DNA from: Candidatus Fermentibacteraceae bacterium | Lineage (GTDB): Bacteria > Fermentibacterota > Fermentibacteria > Fermentibacterales > JCC-6 | DNA length: 46,353 nt | NCBI GenBank assembly: GCA_030592635.1 | Contig: JAUVIS010000003.1 | Span: 1-46,353, forward strand | Direction of reading: 5' to 3' | Part shown: one piece after another, positions 37,269-46,353 of the stretch | Numbering within the stretch: the stretch's first letter is position 1 | How the letters are laid out: every line of letters starts with the position of its first letter | The notes under the pieces: model-generated | What the model saw: only the letters and a program-made list of their open reading frames with translations | Told to the model about the DNA's origin: nothing | Database searches by the model: none | Made by a program: the position numbers and the translations under genes

Positions 37269-40200
37269 CTAACAATCCCCAAAGTATTGGGCGAATATAC
37301 GCAAAACGGCAAGCAACGCGGACATTCTTTCTTCAGGCGAATCATCTTTAAATTTTCTTGAAAGGATCACTCTTCCGGTCTTCTCCTCCAGCACCTTCCA
37401 CTTTTCTCCGGCCATCGCTCTTACTTTTTGTACCCGGGGGGTGCTGTCCGGTAGAAACACAAGCCTGGCCATGAAAGATGTAACAACCACATCCTCAATA
37501 TTCGCTCTCATGGCAAGGCTGTTTATCCTTGCTCTGTGAGCCACTCCTCTTACCGGCTCCGGAACTGATCCGAACCTGTCTTTTACATAGTCAAGCCACT
37601 TCTCCACACCGTCTTCTGTTTTTGAGCGCCACACCCACCGATACAGATTTACTCTTTCACCTGTGTCCGGCATGTATTCCTCGGGGATGAAAGCCTTTCC
37701 CGGAAGCTCTATACGGGCCTGCGGCCTGTTTATGCCGCCCTTCTCGCCCTTGAGCATACTGACTTCCCTGGAGAGAAGCTCTTCAAACATTGAATACCCT
37801 ACTGATTCCACCTGACCACTCTGGCCCGCTCCCAGGAACTCTCCGGCACCGCGCAGCTCGAGGTCACGCATGGCGATGTGCCAGCCGCTGCCCAGTCTTG
37901 TGTAGCGCTGAATTGCCTCAAGTCTGTTCCTGCCCTCGGGTTTCAATTTGCCCGGTCCTCCGGGAGTAATCATGTAGCAGTATGCCCTGTGATGGCTTCT
38001 TCCCACGCGACCGCGGAGCTGATAGAGTTCTGCCAGACCAAAATTCTGGGCGTTGTCTATGAACATGGTATTGACCCTCGGCAGATCAATCCCGGACTCG
38101 ATAATGCTGGTGGACAAGAGCATCTGGTACTTGCCACCCATAAAAGAGTGCATTACATCCTCAAGCTGCCGGGGACTCATCTGACCATGACCTGTAACGA
38201 TATCTATGTCCAGAAAGCTTTCCAGTCTGGTTTTTATTTTTTCAATAGTACTGATGCGGTTATGAACAAAGAATATCTGACCGTCTCTCTCCAGTTCTCT
38301 GGCCACGGCTCTGGCGATGATATCGTGGTTGAAAGTTGTTATCTCGGTTTGAATGGGATATCTGTCGCGGGGCGGAGTGGCAATGATTGAAATTTCCCGG
38401 AACCCGGAAAGGGCCATGTGAAGAGTTCTTGGAATAGGTGTGGCTGTCATTGTGAGAGTATCAACCGTTGTCTTCATCTCCCTGAGGTATTCCTTCTGTC
38501 TGACACCGAACCGCTGCTCCTCATCCACCACGAGAAGACCCAGATTGTTGAACCGGACATCCTTCTGAAGAAGCCTGTGAGTACCAACAACAATTGAAAC
38601 ATCTCCCTGCGAAAGATCTGTGAGCGTTTTTTTCTGTTCCCCCCTGCTCTGAAATCTGCTGAGTACCTCAACCCGCATGGGAAACTCCGCGAGTCTGTCC
38701 CGGAATGTGTTGTAGTGCTGCTCCGCAAGAACTGTGGTAGGAGCAAGAATCGCAACCTGGACACCGGCTTCAGCAGCTCTGAATGCCGCGCGAAGAGCCA
38801 CTTCAGTCTTCCCGTAACCCACATCACCGCAGATAAGTCTCTCCATGGGAGTATCTTTATTGAAGTCCGCCATCACTGCCTTAATGGCAGCAGCCTGATC
38901 CGGAGTTTCCTCGTAAGGAAAACTCTCTTCCATAGCCTTTGATAATCTGCCCAGTGATGGAAAGGGCGGTCGCTTTCTGACAGCTCTCTCAGCGTAAAGA
39001 ATCGCCAGTCTCCCTGCAATCTCCTGAGCTCTTTTCTTTACCCTTGAAAGTCGTTTGTTCCAGGCTGTTCCGCCAATTTTGTCCAGCTGCGGGTTGCCGC
39101 CTCCGGGGGTCAGATACTTCTGAACCTGACCAATCTGTTCAAGCGGGACAAGCAGCTTATCTCCATCGCGGTAAACCACTTCAAGGCAGTCAACATCCCC
39201 GTCCGCGATTGACAACCGCTTCAGTCCGAGAAACTGACCAATTCCGTAAGACTCGTGAACGATGTAGTTTCCCGGTTGAAGCTCTTCCCATGAAGCAAGT
39301 ATCTCGCCACCGCGGAACTTTCTTACCCTTTCAGGGCGCCTTCTTGTACTGAGCAGTCTTCTCTCGCAGAGAAATGCCACCCCGCCGCCATCGTCGGATC
39401 GCAGTATAAAACCGTCGGAAATAGAGATCACTTCAAGCTCTGCATACTCAAGAATATCTTCAGGAAGAAGGTCTCTGAAAGAACTCAATTCCGCGTTGGT
39501 ATCACATGCGACAGCTATCCTGAAACCGTTGTCCCGCCAGTACCTTATCTGTCTGAACATTTCATCCCTGTGATCCATGAATCCTGTCTGGGGTTCAGTG
39601 GGCAGGTAAATGTCAACACTCTCAGACGGAACAAGAGTGTGTTCCAGAACCCGCCTGCAACCGCCCATGCTCTTCTCAATCTCTTCCCATGAAGCAAAAA
39701 CTTCCGGAAAAGCAAAAGGCAGGTTCTTCGGGAAGGCAGTTCTTCTGGAGTCAATTGTCTCCTGTATCACCGAGTTCAGCCTCTGGGGCTCAACAAGAAT
39801 CAGTGTTCCTATTTCCGCGAGATAATCAAAAATTGTGGCTGACTTCCGGAAGAAAAGAGGAAGATGATGCTCTATTCCGGGAAAATCACTGGAGCCGTAC
39901 ATGTATTCTTCAAGGGGATGCCCTTCGGGTACCCGATCGGCTGCGGTGTTCCATTCCTCCGGTGTAAGAACAACCTCTCTTGCGGGCAGTATTCTCGCGG
40001 AACCGACCCGGTTGATGGTTCTCTGGGAATGCTGGTCAAAAATACGAACCGACTCAACCTCTTCCCCGAAAAACTCAATCCTGTAAGGGTTGTCTGTGCC
40101 GTAAGTTCCTATATCAATAATACCGCCTCTTCTGGACCATCTGCCCTGTTCATAAACAGAGGCTTCCCTGCTGTATCCCGCGGAAAGGAGCCAGCTTTCA

Positions 40201-40649
40201 AGTTCATCCGGATCCAGACGCATCCCTTTGTATACCGACAGTACCCTGAAGGAATCTGAAGGCGGCAGCCTTTTCACCAGAGCGCGGGCCGGAACAACCA
40301 CAAGGGTATCAGGTCTGGCGGAGTGGAGACCCGCAAGACATTCTATCCTGTCTGCGATAACGCTCTGATGGGCAGCTTCGCCCTGAAATGGCAGCGTCTC
40401 GTAGGCGGGGAAGTAAAGCACATCCCGTCCTGTAAATGATTTCATGTCGTCTCGAATGGACTCAGCAGTTGTTACTGTCGGTGCCACCACAATAGTTGGA
40501 CCTGCAAGTCTGTGGGCTGAAACAACTGCCAGAGAGAGCGATGCTCCACCGAGACCGCCCATTGTTGTTCGCGGTTTTTCCGAAAGTCCGTCCAGCATTC
40601 CGGAGAAAATTGAATCCCAGAAAAACTCATCGATTATCCGGGAATTCAC
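37269..40649 (-). CDS. mfd: Transcription-repair coupling factor
   Basis: UvrB-homology N-terminus, VH..YGIG.F, GDVGYGKTE, DEEQRFGV, QLRGRVGRS, DLELRGAGE. Confidence 0.97.
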   Translation of the reverse strand: MNSRIIDEFFWDSIFSGMLDGLSEKPRTTMGGLGGASLSLAVVSAHRLAGPTIVVAPTVTTAESIRDDMKSFTGRDVLYFPAYETLPFQGEAAHQSVIADRIECLAGLHSARPDTLVVVPARALVKRLPPSDSFRVLSVYKGMRLDPDELESWLLSAGYSREASVYEQGRWSRRGGIIDIGTYGTDNPYRIEFFGEEVESVRIFDQHSQRTINRVGSARILPAREVVLTPEEWNTAADRVPEGHPLEEYMYGSSDFPGIEHHLPLFFRKSATIFDYLAEIGTLILVEPQRLNSVIQETIDSRRTAFPKNLPFAFPEVFASWEEIEKSMGGCRRVLEHTLVPSESVDIYLPTEPQTGFMDHRDEMFRQIRYWRDNGFRIAVACDTNAELSSFRDLLPEDILEYAELEVISISDGFILRSDDGGGVAFLCERRLLSTRRRPERVRKFRGGEILASWEELQPGNYIVHESYGIGQFLGLKRLSIADGDVDCLEVVYRDGDKLLVPLEQIGQVQKYLTPGGGNPQLDKIGGTAWNKRLSRVKKRAQEIAGRLAILYAERAVRKRPPFPSLGRLSKAMEESFPYEETPDQAAAIKAVMADFNKDTPMERLICGDVGYGKTEVALRAAFRAAEAGVQVAILAPTTVLAEQHYNTFRDRLAEFPMRVEVLSRFQSRGEQKKTLTDLSQGDVSIVVGTHRLLQKDVRFNNLGLLVVDEEQRFGVRQKEYLREMKTTVDTLTMTATPIPRTLHMALSGFREISIIATPPRDRYPIQTEITTFNHDIIARAVARELERDGQIFFVHNRISTIEKIKTRLESFLDIDIVTGHGQMSPRQLEDVMHSFMGGKYQMLLSTSIIESGIDLPRVNTMFIDNAQNFGLAELYQLRGRVGRSHHRAYCYMITPGGPGKLKPEGRNRLEAIQRYTRLGSGWHIAMRDLELRGAGEFLGAGQSGQVESVGYSMFEELLSREVSMLKGEKGGINRPQARIELPGKAFIPEEYMPDTGERVNLYRWVWRSKTEDGVEKWLDYVKDRFGSVPEPVRGVAHRARINSLAMRANIEDVVVTSFMARLVFLPDSTPRVQKVRAMAGEKWKVLEEKTGRVILSRKFKDDSPEERMSALLAVLRIFAQYFGDC

Positions 40650-42115
40650 AGGGAAGGCTCCCCGCCCGCTGCCTCCGGCTCAACTTCAGGAATCGGCAGA
40701 TCCATTCCCGCAAGCATAGACCACTGCGCCTCAATCACCGGCATTTCAGCCAGGAACCTTTCCAGCTCATCTCCGTTGAGAGGGTCGGCAGGGGGCATTA
40801 TTTCCGTGGCAGGATTTACATAGGAGCCATTTTTTTTCATTTCAAAGTGTACATGAGGGCCAGTGGACAACCCGGTGGAACCCACATACCCGATTATTTC
40901 ACCCTGCCGTACATAGCTTCCCACACTCTGCCCGGAAGCATAGCCGTTCATGTGACCGTATCCTGTTTCGTAGCCGTTGGCATGCCTTATTCGCACCATG
41001 TTGCCGTACCCGCCGAGCCATCTCCGGACTGTTATGATTCCGTCTCCCACTGCATAGATCTCCGTGCCCATTGGTGATGCGTAATCAATTCCCCGGTGAG
41101 CCCGTGTGTATCCGAGAACAGGATGCATCCGGGAGCTGGAATAGCCGGAGCTGATCCGGCCGAAGGGCACCGGCATTTTCAGGAACATTGTTCTTAGAGA
41201 GGCACCGTCACGGTGATAATGATCAAGGATGATCTCCGCGGCATCAGCCTCCTCCGGCTGATGAAAGAAAGGAAACGCTTCTGCGATCCCCCCATACGCA
41301 AACTGGTATTTTGCTGCAAGAATTCTCCTGAAACCTGTCTCTCCGTCCATGGGATAGCGGTTCTCCTCAATGAGGATCCAGAGACTGTCTCCCACTCTTA
41401 CGTCGTAATAGAAGTCAATATCGTAAACGAACAATCTGTCAGTAAGAGCCCTCTGCAATTCTGAAATGTAACCAACTGCGCGCGATGAGTCTCTGTCGGT
41501 AACCAGCAGACCGGACTCTGTAAGATCCGGAGGCAGAGCAGTGTCCCAGAGGGCAGCCCATACTGTGGTTGAGACTTCGCATGAAACAGCCCTCTGACGA
41601 ATCCATCTCTCCTGAGGTACATACTCCCAGAAAGAGGGATTACCTTCATTGTAAGCAACCCGGTAAAAACCTCTTCTGTTACCGGGATGCGCCCGAAGTT
41701 CCGTCAGCTCTCCCCGGCAGTACATTGCGGTAAGGGTATCACCACTCCTCTGAACAGTCCACCCCAGACTGTCCATGAGTACTTCACATGTGACAAGGTA
41801 TTGACCTCCTGAAATGCCCAGCTCACGCACCGCTCCACCCAGAAATCCATCACCAACAGTGGATGTACAGATATCAATGGTGTCCGCAACCACTGTGAGT
41901 ATCTCCGTGCGGCAAACCTCCATCGCCTCTATGTTCCTGTGAAAACCCCATGGTTCACCGGCATTCTCATCACTTGAACCCGTGAAAAACATTGTAGCCG
42001 CCGCGGCAGCCAAAATCATTGCGACCGCGGTTCCGTTTCGTTTGTATCGAAGCAATTTCCCTCCGCTGAGCCGGTCAGATACCGTCTGAAAAGAGTCTGT
42101 CGCCAAAGTCTCCAA
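40646..42115 (-). CDS. M23 family peptidoglycan endopeptidase
   Basis: R.HPVLG..R.HRGIDYA, YGHM, GSTGLSTGPHVHFE; true start probably downstream of 42115. Confidence 0.9.
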   Translation of the reverse strand: METLATDSFQTVSDRLSGGKLLRYKRNGTAVAMILAAAAATMFFTGSSDENAGEPWGFHRNIEAMEVCRTEILTVVADTIDICTSTVGDGFLGGAVRELGISGGQYLVTCEVLMDSLGWTVQRSGDTLTAMYCRGELTELRAHPGNRRGFYRVAYNEGNPSFWEYVPQERWIRQRAVSCEVSTTVWAALWDTALPPDLTESGLLVTDRDSSRAVGYISELQRALTDRLFVYDIDFYYDVRVGDSLWILIEENRYPMDGETGFRRILAAKYQFAYGGIAEAFPFFHQPEEADAAEIILDHYHRDGASLRTMFLKMPVPFGRISSGYSSSRMHPVLGYTRAHRGIDYASPMGTEIYAVGDGIITVRRWLGGYGNMVRIRHANGYETGYGHMNGYASGQSVGSYVRQGEIIGYVGSTGLSTGPHVHFEMKKNGSYVNPATEIMPPADPLNGDELERFLAEMPVIEAQWSMLAGMDLPIPEVEPEAAGGEPSL

Positions 42116-42695
42116 GTCCCGGTCTTATGTACCAGTTTGAATCAAGCTCTCTGTCGACACAAACGGTAATCACTGTGAGATTTTCAAATACTCTGAGTCT
42201 CGCAATCCCTTCAGGAGCTGCCACAACAGAGACAAGGATCGCCTCTGACGCTTTCTTTTCAAAGAGGTACTCCAGAACTGCCGCCGCAGTTCCACCCGTG
42301 GCCAGCATGGGGTCAAGAACTATAACCTTTCTGCCTGCCACATTGGGTATGGAAGAGTAATGCCAGACCGGCTCCGCGGTGGTCTCATTCCTGCTCATAC
42401 CTATAAATGCCACCTCAGAGTCCGGCAGCATATCCTGAAATGCTTCCAGCATCCCCAGCCCCGCCCGAAGAATTGGAACAATTATCGGAGGATCAACAAG
42501 CACCTCACCCAGTGTATTCTCAAGAGGAGTTTGTACCTCGGCGGGAACTGTGCGAAGATCCCGAGTTGCTTCAACCGCTAGCAGGTATGACAGTCGATTG
42601 GCGTAGGCTCTGAATCTGGCGGGAGAAGCGTCTTTTCTTCGCAATCTCGTAACGAAATCTCTGGCAACAGGATGCTCGAATTCTATCATTTCCAT
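42075..42695 (-). CDS. upp: Uracil phosphoribosyltransferase
   Basis: VPILRAGLGM, LDPMLATGGT, YIRPGLGDFGDRLF; start set to ATG 42695 because the longer ORF overlaps tyrS. Confidence 0.95.
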   Translation of the reverse strand: MEMIEFEHPVARDFVTRLRRKDASPARFRAYANRLSYLLAVEATRDLRTVPAEVQTPLENTLGEVLVDPPIIVPILRAGLGMLEAFQDMLPDSEVAFIGMSRNETTAEPVWHYSSIPNVAGRKVIVLDPMLATGGTAAAVLEYLFEKKASEAILVSVVAAPEGIARLRVFENLTVITVCVDRELDSNWYIRPGLGDFGDRLFSDGI

Positions 42696-42721
42696 AAAGT
42701 TTATTCCCCTTCTGTTGTTTG

Positions 42722-42750
42722 TTGACAAAATACAGAAAAACAAGTACACT
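42722..42750 (+). promoter_or_regulatory. Sigma70 promoter of tyrS
   Basis: TTGACA-17 nt-TACACT, followed by GGAGG RBS. Confidence 0.75.
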
Positions 42751-42788
42751 CGCCAGATGCGCACACTAAACCCCGGGAGGAACTGACA

Positions 42789-44027
42789 ATGGAAGTGCTT
42801 CAAAGTCTGAATGACAGAAATCTTGTTTACCAGATGACCAATGAGGAAAGACTCAACGAACTCCTTAACGCTGGTTCTCTCTCTTTCTATATAGGCTTTG
42901 ACGCAACCGCGAGCAGTCTTCATCTCGGTCATCTGGTTCCTTTGATGATTGCAAGCCACCTTCAGAAAGCCGGACACAAGCCTCACATACTCATTGGCGG
43001 CGCTACCGCTCTTGTGGGCGACCCCTCGGGCAGATCCACAGAGCGCTCACTTGAGAGTCGGGACACCATCAACAACTGGGCAGTTGAGCTCAAGGTCCAG
43101 ATGACAAGGTTTCTTGATTTCGATGATGAAAATACCAACGGAGCTGTTCTGCTGAATAATGTCGACTGGCTCAACAAACTTAATTACATCAACTTCCTCA
43201 GGGACATCGGGAAACATTTCAGCGTAAACAGAATGCTGACAGCGGAGAGTGTGAAACAACGGCTGGAGACCGGTCTCTCATTTCTGGAGTTCAACTACAT
43301 GCTCCTGCAGTCCTACGACTTCCTGCATCTCTTCAGAGAGCGGAATTGCATCCTTCAGGTGGGAGGTGCCGACCAGTGGGGTAACATAGTAGCGGGCATT
43401 GACCTTATCCGCAGGAAGGAATCTGCCGAGGTGTACGGTTTTACCTGCCCCCTTGTAACAACTTCCACCGGTGAAAAAATGAGCAAGTCACAGCCCGGAG
43501 GCGCTATCTGGCTGGATCCGAACCTTACATCACCCTACCAGTACTACCAGTTCTGGATCAATGTTGATGACAGAGATGCAGCATACTTCATGAAGCTCTA
43601 CACATACCTTCCAGTCGAAGAGATCGCTGAATTCGAAAAACTCACTGGAGCCGACACAAGAAAAACCAAAGAGAAACTTGCTTTTGAAGCAACAGCAATA
43701 GCCCATGGCCTCGAAGAGGCTGAAAAGGCGCAGAATGCAGCAAAAGCTCTATTTGCAGGAAATGGTAATCAGAAAAATGTGCCATCCACGGATATTCCTC
43801 TTTCCCGTTTAGCAGATGGTGTCTCGGCCATCGACCTGTTCACGGAAACGGGACTGTGCCCAAGTCGCGGCGAAGTAAGAAGACTGGGCAGGCAGGGTGG
43901 TCTCTACATTCAGGGCGAAAGGGTATCGACACCGGAAGACAGGATCACTGAAAACATGCTGGAAGAATCCTCCCTGCTCCTGAGAGCCGGCAAGAAACGA
44001 TATCACAGGATAAACTTTACCGGCTGA
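42789..44027 (+). CDS. tyrS: Tyrosine--tRNA ligase
   Basis: YIGFDATA.SLHLGH, Q.GG.DQWGNI, KMSKS, C-terminal S4 domain. Confidence 0.97.
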   Translation: MEVLQSLNDRNLVYQMTNEERLNELLNAGSLSFYIGFDATASSLHLGHLVPLMIASHLQKAGHKPHILIGGATALVGDPSGRSTERSLESRDTINNWAVELKVQMTRFLDFDDENTNGAVLLNNVDWLNKLNYINFLRDIGKHFSVNRMLTAESVKQRLETGLSFLEFNYMLLQSYDFLHLFRERNCILQVGGADQWGNIVAGIDLIRRKESAEVYGFTCPLVTTSTGEKMSKSQPGGAIWLDPNLTSPYQYYQFWINVDDRDAAYFMKLYTYLPVEEIAEFEKLTGADTRKTKEKLAFEATAIAHGLEEAEKAQNAAKALFAGNGNQKNVPSTDIPLSRLADGVSAIDLFTETGLCPSRGEVRRLGRQGGLYIQGERVSTPEDRITENMLEESSLLLRAGKKRYHRINFTG

Positions 44028-44039
44028 TTCCGGTTAATG

Positions 44040-44450
44040 CTACAAGTCCCTCTTGAGTTCGTCATCGAACTTCTTCCGGCAGTCCGGACATATACCGTGA
44101 GTGAATTCCACCTCTGATCTGTCGCGAATGTATGCTTCCATTTGATGCCAGTGATCATTGCCGTCTCTTATTCTTTTGCATGAGGCGCAAATGGGCAGCA
44201 ATCCCTCAAGAATCTTTACTCTTTGAAGAAGTCTTTTTGTGTAGCCGATAATCGCCGTACCAACAACAATGATGATTATGCTTTCAGAGAGGGATTCCCT
44301 CCAGTTCACAGGCGTTGGTTCAGCTCCAAGAAGCACATGAGGTATATCAATTACCTCATCAAGCCAGATGAGCGCGATAACACACAGGAAAGCTATCACC
44401 TCACAGGCGATTAACCTTCTCCTGAAACTGCGCCCCCCCAGCCACTTCAT
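44040..44450 (-). CDS. Two-TM protein with C-terminal Cys/His motif
   Basis: LEGLLPICASCKRIRD....W...E.YI.......FTHGICPDC tail as seen on many regulators and sensors. Confidence 0.75.
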   Translation of the reverse strand: MKWLGGRSFRRRLIACEVIAFLCVIALIWLDEVIDIPHVLLGAEPTPVNWRESLSESIIIIVVGTAIIGYTKRLLQRVKILEGLLPICASCKRIRDGNDHWHQMEAYIRDRSEVEFTHGICPDCRKKFDDELKRDL

Positions 44451-44612
44451 TTGTTAAACCACACCTCCTGTTCGATAATGCCGATGTTACGCCACTGTGT
44501 CAACCGCAGCAGGGTCGTTGGGCCACTTGACAAATAACTTTCGTATACTTCTGCGCAACAGGATGTTAGCAATTATCAACATATGCTGTTTGTGTGTGTC
44601 TATCTGAATTAA

Positions 44613-45782
44613 TTATCTGGCCCTCCGCCAGGCGTTCTCCGCTGGTTCCTCTATGCGGCTCCAGACTTTTTCGGGCGAGCCGTCTCCATCAATAACGGTC
44701 ATTTTGCCCTGCTTTCTGTAGTAATCCACCACAGGCAGGCAGATCTTCTCGTGCTGCTCCAGCCGGTGAACAATGGTTGAGGTCTCCATATCGTAATTCA
44801 TTCGCCGTTCGGTTTTACCCCGGGCATCCAGCCGCTTGATAAGCTCAAGTGTGGGACACTGGATATCCAGTGTAAAGGAGACCGAGGAGTTGATCTTGCG
44901 AAGCAGTCCATCAAGGATATAGGCCTGAACAAGGGTACGCGGGAAACCTTTAAAGATAAATCCGCTGGCCTCGGGATTTCGTCTGATGTGTTTTTCAATC
45001 AGCTTGATTACGATTTCATCAGGCACCAGATCACCTTTGTCGCAGATTGACTGTACGGTTCGTCCCACCTGAGACTTCTTCCTGATCTCTTCCTTAAGCA
45101 TCTCACCGGTTGAAAGGTAGACCAGATTGTACTTCTGCGCCAGCTTGCGCGCCTGGGTTCCTCGACCGGCGCCCGGATAACCGAGCAGCACAATGTTGAA
45201 GAGTACCTTGCGAAGTTCCTGATCAATTATTTCTTCCAGCTTCCGGTTGATTTCTTCAACGGAGCCGACTCCATCCACTGCGAAGAAAAGACCCTGATCC
45301 TTGTAGAACTGAGCTACCGGCGCCGTCTTTTCCTGGTATTCTTTAAGACGATTCTTTATGACAGCTTCGGTATCGTCACTGCGGCCCGAAGTTCTGGCTC
45401 GTTTCAGCAGACGCCTGAACGATTCCTCCGGTGATACATCCAGAAAAAGCAGGCAGGTCAAAGATGTGTGCATCTTCAGCAGCAACCCCTCCAGAATATA
45501 GGCCTGTACGAATGTTCGGGGAAAACCATCGAAGAGAAAGCCTGCCGCGTCGGGATTGGAGGAAATCTTCTTCTCAATTATCTGGACGATGATCTCATCA
45601 GAAACAAGACCGCCGGTCTCAATAATTGACTTTGCCGCAAGACCCAGTTCAGTACCGCTTCTAATCTCCTGGCGAAGAATATCACCGGTCGCAATATACA
45701 CAAGGTTGTGTTTCTTCATCAGCAGATCCGACTGAGTTCCTTTACCGGCGCCGGGTGCTCCAAACAACGCGATATTCAGCAT
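44613..45782 (-). CDS. adk: Tandem two-domain adenylate kinase
   Basis: Domain 1 GAPGAGKGTQ/FDGFPRT; domain 2 GYPGAGRGTQ/FKGFPRT. Confidence 0.9.
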   Translation of the reverse strand: MLNIALFGAPGAGKGTQSDLLMKKHNLVYIATGDILRQEIRSGTELGLAAKSIIETGGLVSDEIIVQIIEKKISSNPDAAGFLFDGFPRTFVQAYILEGLLLKMHTSLTCLLFLDVSPEESFRRLLKRARTSGRSDDTEAVIKNRLKEYQEKTAPVAQFYKDQGLFFAVDGVGSVEEINRKLEEIIDQELRKVLFNIVLLGYPGAGRGTQARKLAQKYNLVYLSTGEMLKEEIRKKSQVGRTVQSICDKGDLVPDEIVIKLIEKHIRRNPEASGFIFKGFPRTLVQAYILDGLLRKINSSVSFTLDIQCPTLELIKRLDARGKTERRMNYDMETSTIVHRLEQHEKICLPVVDYYRKQGKMTVIDGDGSPEKVWSRIEEPAENAWRRAR

Positions 45783-45822
45783 GGAACTATCCTCCCTCTA
45801 TTCCTGTCAGAAGTGCTCAGTT

Positions 45823-46353
45823 TTATCGCCTGGCTTCCTGTAGAAGATATTCATTCATATCACTCCAGTAGAAGAATAACTCTCCGTCGGGCTCCAGAGC
45901 TGCAGTTGCGTGAGGAAAGTTAAAATCGTAGTAAAACACAATTCCTCCGCGCCTGATTCCCAGCTGATCCAGGTTTTCCGCCGTGAAGGTGAATTCCTCT
46001 TCGATCTCGCTGCCTATCCTGTTCTGAAGCTCTGCGTTGCACATTTGAACAAGGTCCGGGATTCTGTCTTCCATGAACATATCTTCAGCAACAACTTCCT
46101 CTCCTGACTCGAGGTTAAAACAGTAGTTGAAAACCATTGAGGAGGGGTATGCACCAAGCGTTTCCACAGTGATGGTCAGATCAAAATACTCCGTGTCCAT
46201 CCAGTTAACCAGAAAATAGGCACCCACAATTCCTGAACCATGCAGTTTGTAATTTGCGCGGGTTTCCTCAAGTGTTTCTCCGGTTACATTCCGGTAATTC
46301 AGTATTTCTCTGATTCTTGCTACACCTGCAAAAGTACCGTTTACCACAGGCCA
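45823..46353 (-). CDS. DUF3298/RsiV-like protein, probably 5'-truncated by the window edge
   Basis: GAYP......FNL.SG......D.F and G.VFYY.F..PH motifs. Confidence 0.5.
   Translation of the reverse strand, partial: WPVVNGTFAGVARIREILNYRNVTGETLEETRANYKLHGSGIVGAYFLVNWMDTEYFDLTITVETLGAYPSSMVFNYCFNLESGEEVVAEDMFMEDRIPDLVQMCNAELQNRIGSEIEEEFTFTAENLDQLGIRRGGIVFYYDFNFPHATAALEPDGELFFYWSDMNEYLLQEARR

Noticed and set aside
44527-44549. TTGACA...TATACT promoter-like pair
   Set aside because: Spacer only 11 nt, and no + strand gene follows
1-46353. CRISPR arrays, integrases/transposases, selABCD genes
   Set aside because: None recognisable in this window

Overview
Bacterial chromosomal window read with the standard genetic code. 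The many secreted proteins with FlgD-Ig/T9SS-like C-terminal domains plus a C25 gingipain suggest an FCB-group organism; this is an inference only. The right half is housekeeping: pepF, fmt-def-yajC-ftsEX, four SurA/PPIase-like genes, mfd, an M23 peptidase, upp, tyrS and a two-domain adk. The left half holds wzm/wzt, plsY-der, a CHASE2 adenylate cyclase-SH3-M48-glutaminyl cyclase run, and a tRNA-Asn followed by an apparently accreted island (BrnTA, two HTH remnants, gingipain cargo). Main finding: two tandem paralogs (12481-13458 and 13662-14639) that the ORF track splits in two are each one 325-codon frame. Each has an in-frame TGA at codon 118 in a C-G-G-[TGA] (CxxU) motif, followed by an identical SECIS-like hairpin. 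They are candidate secreted beta-propeller selenoproteins with a C-terminal sorting-like domain, and both have a GTTTC-N2-GAAAC palindrome upstream. An unannotated 33-aa Lys-rich peptide and several deletion-eroded pseudogenes are also present.
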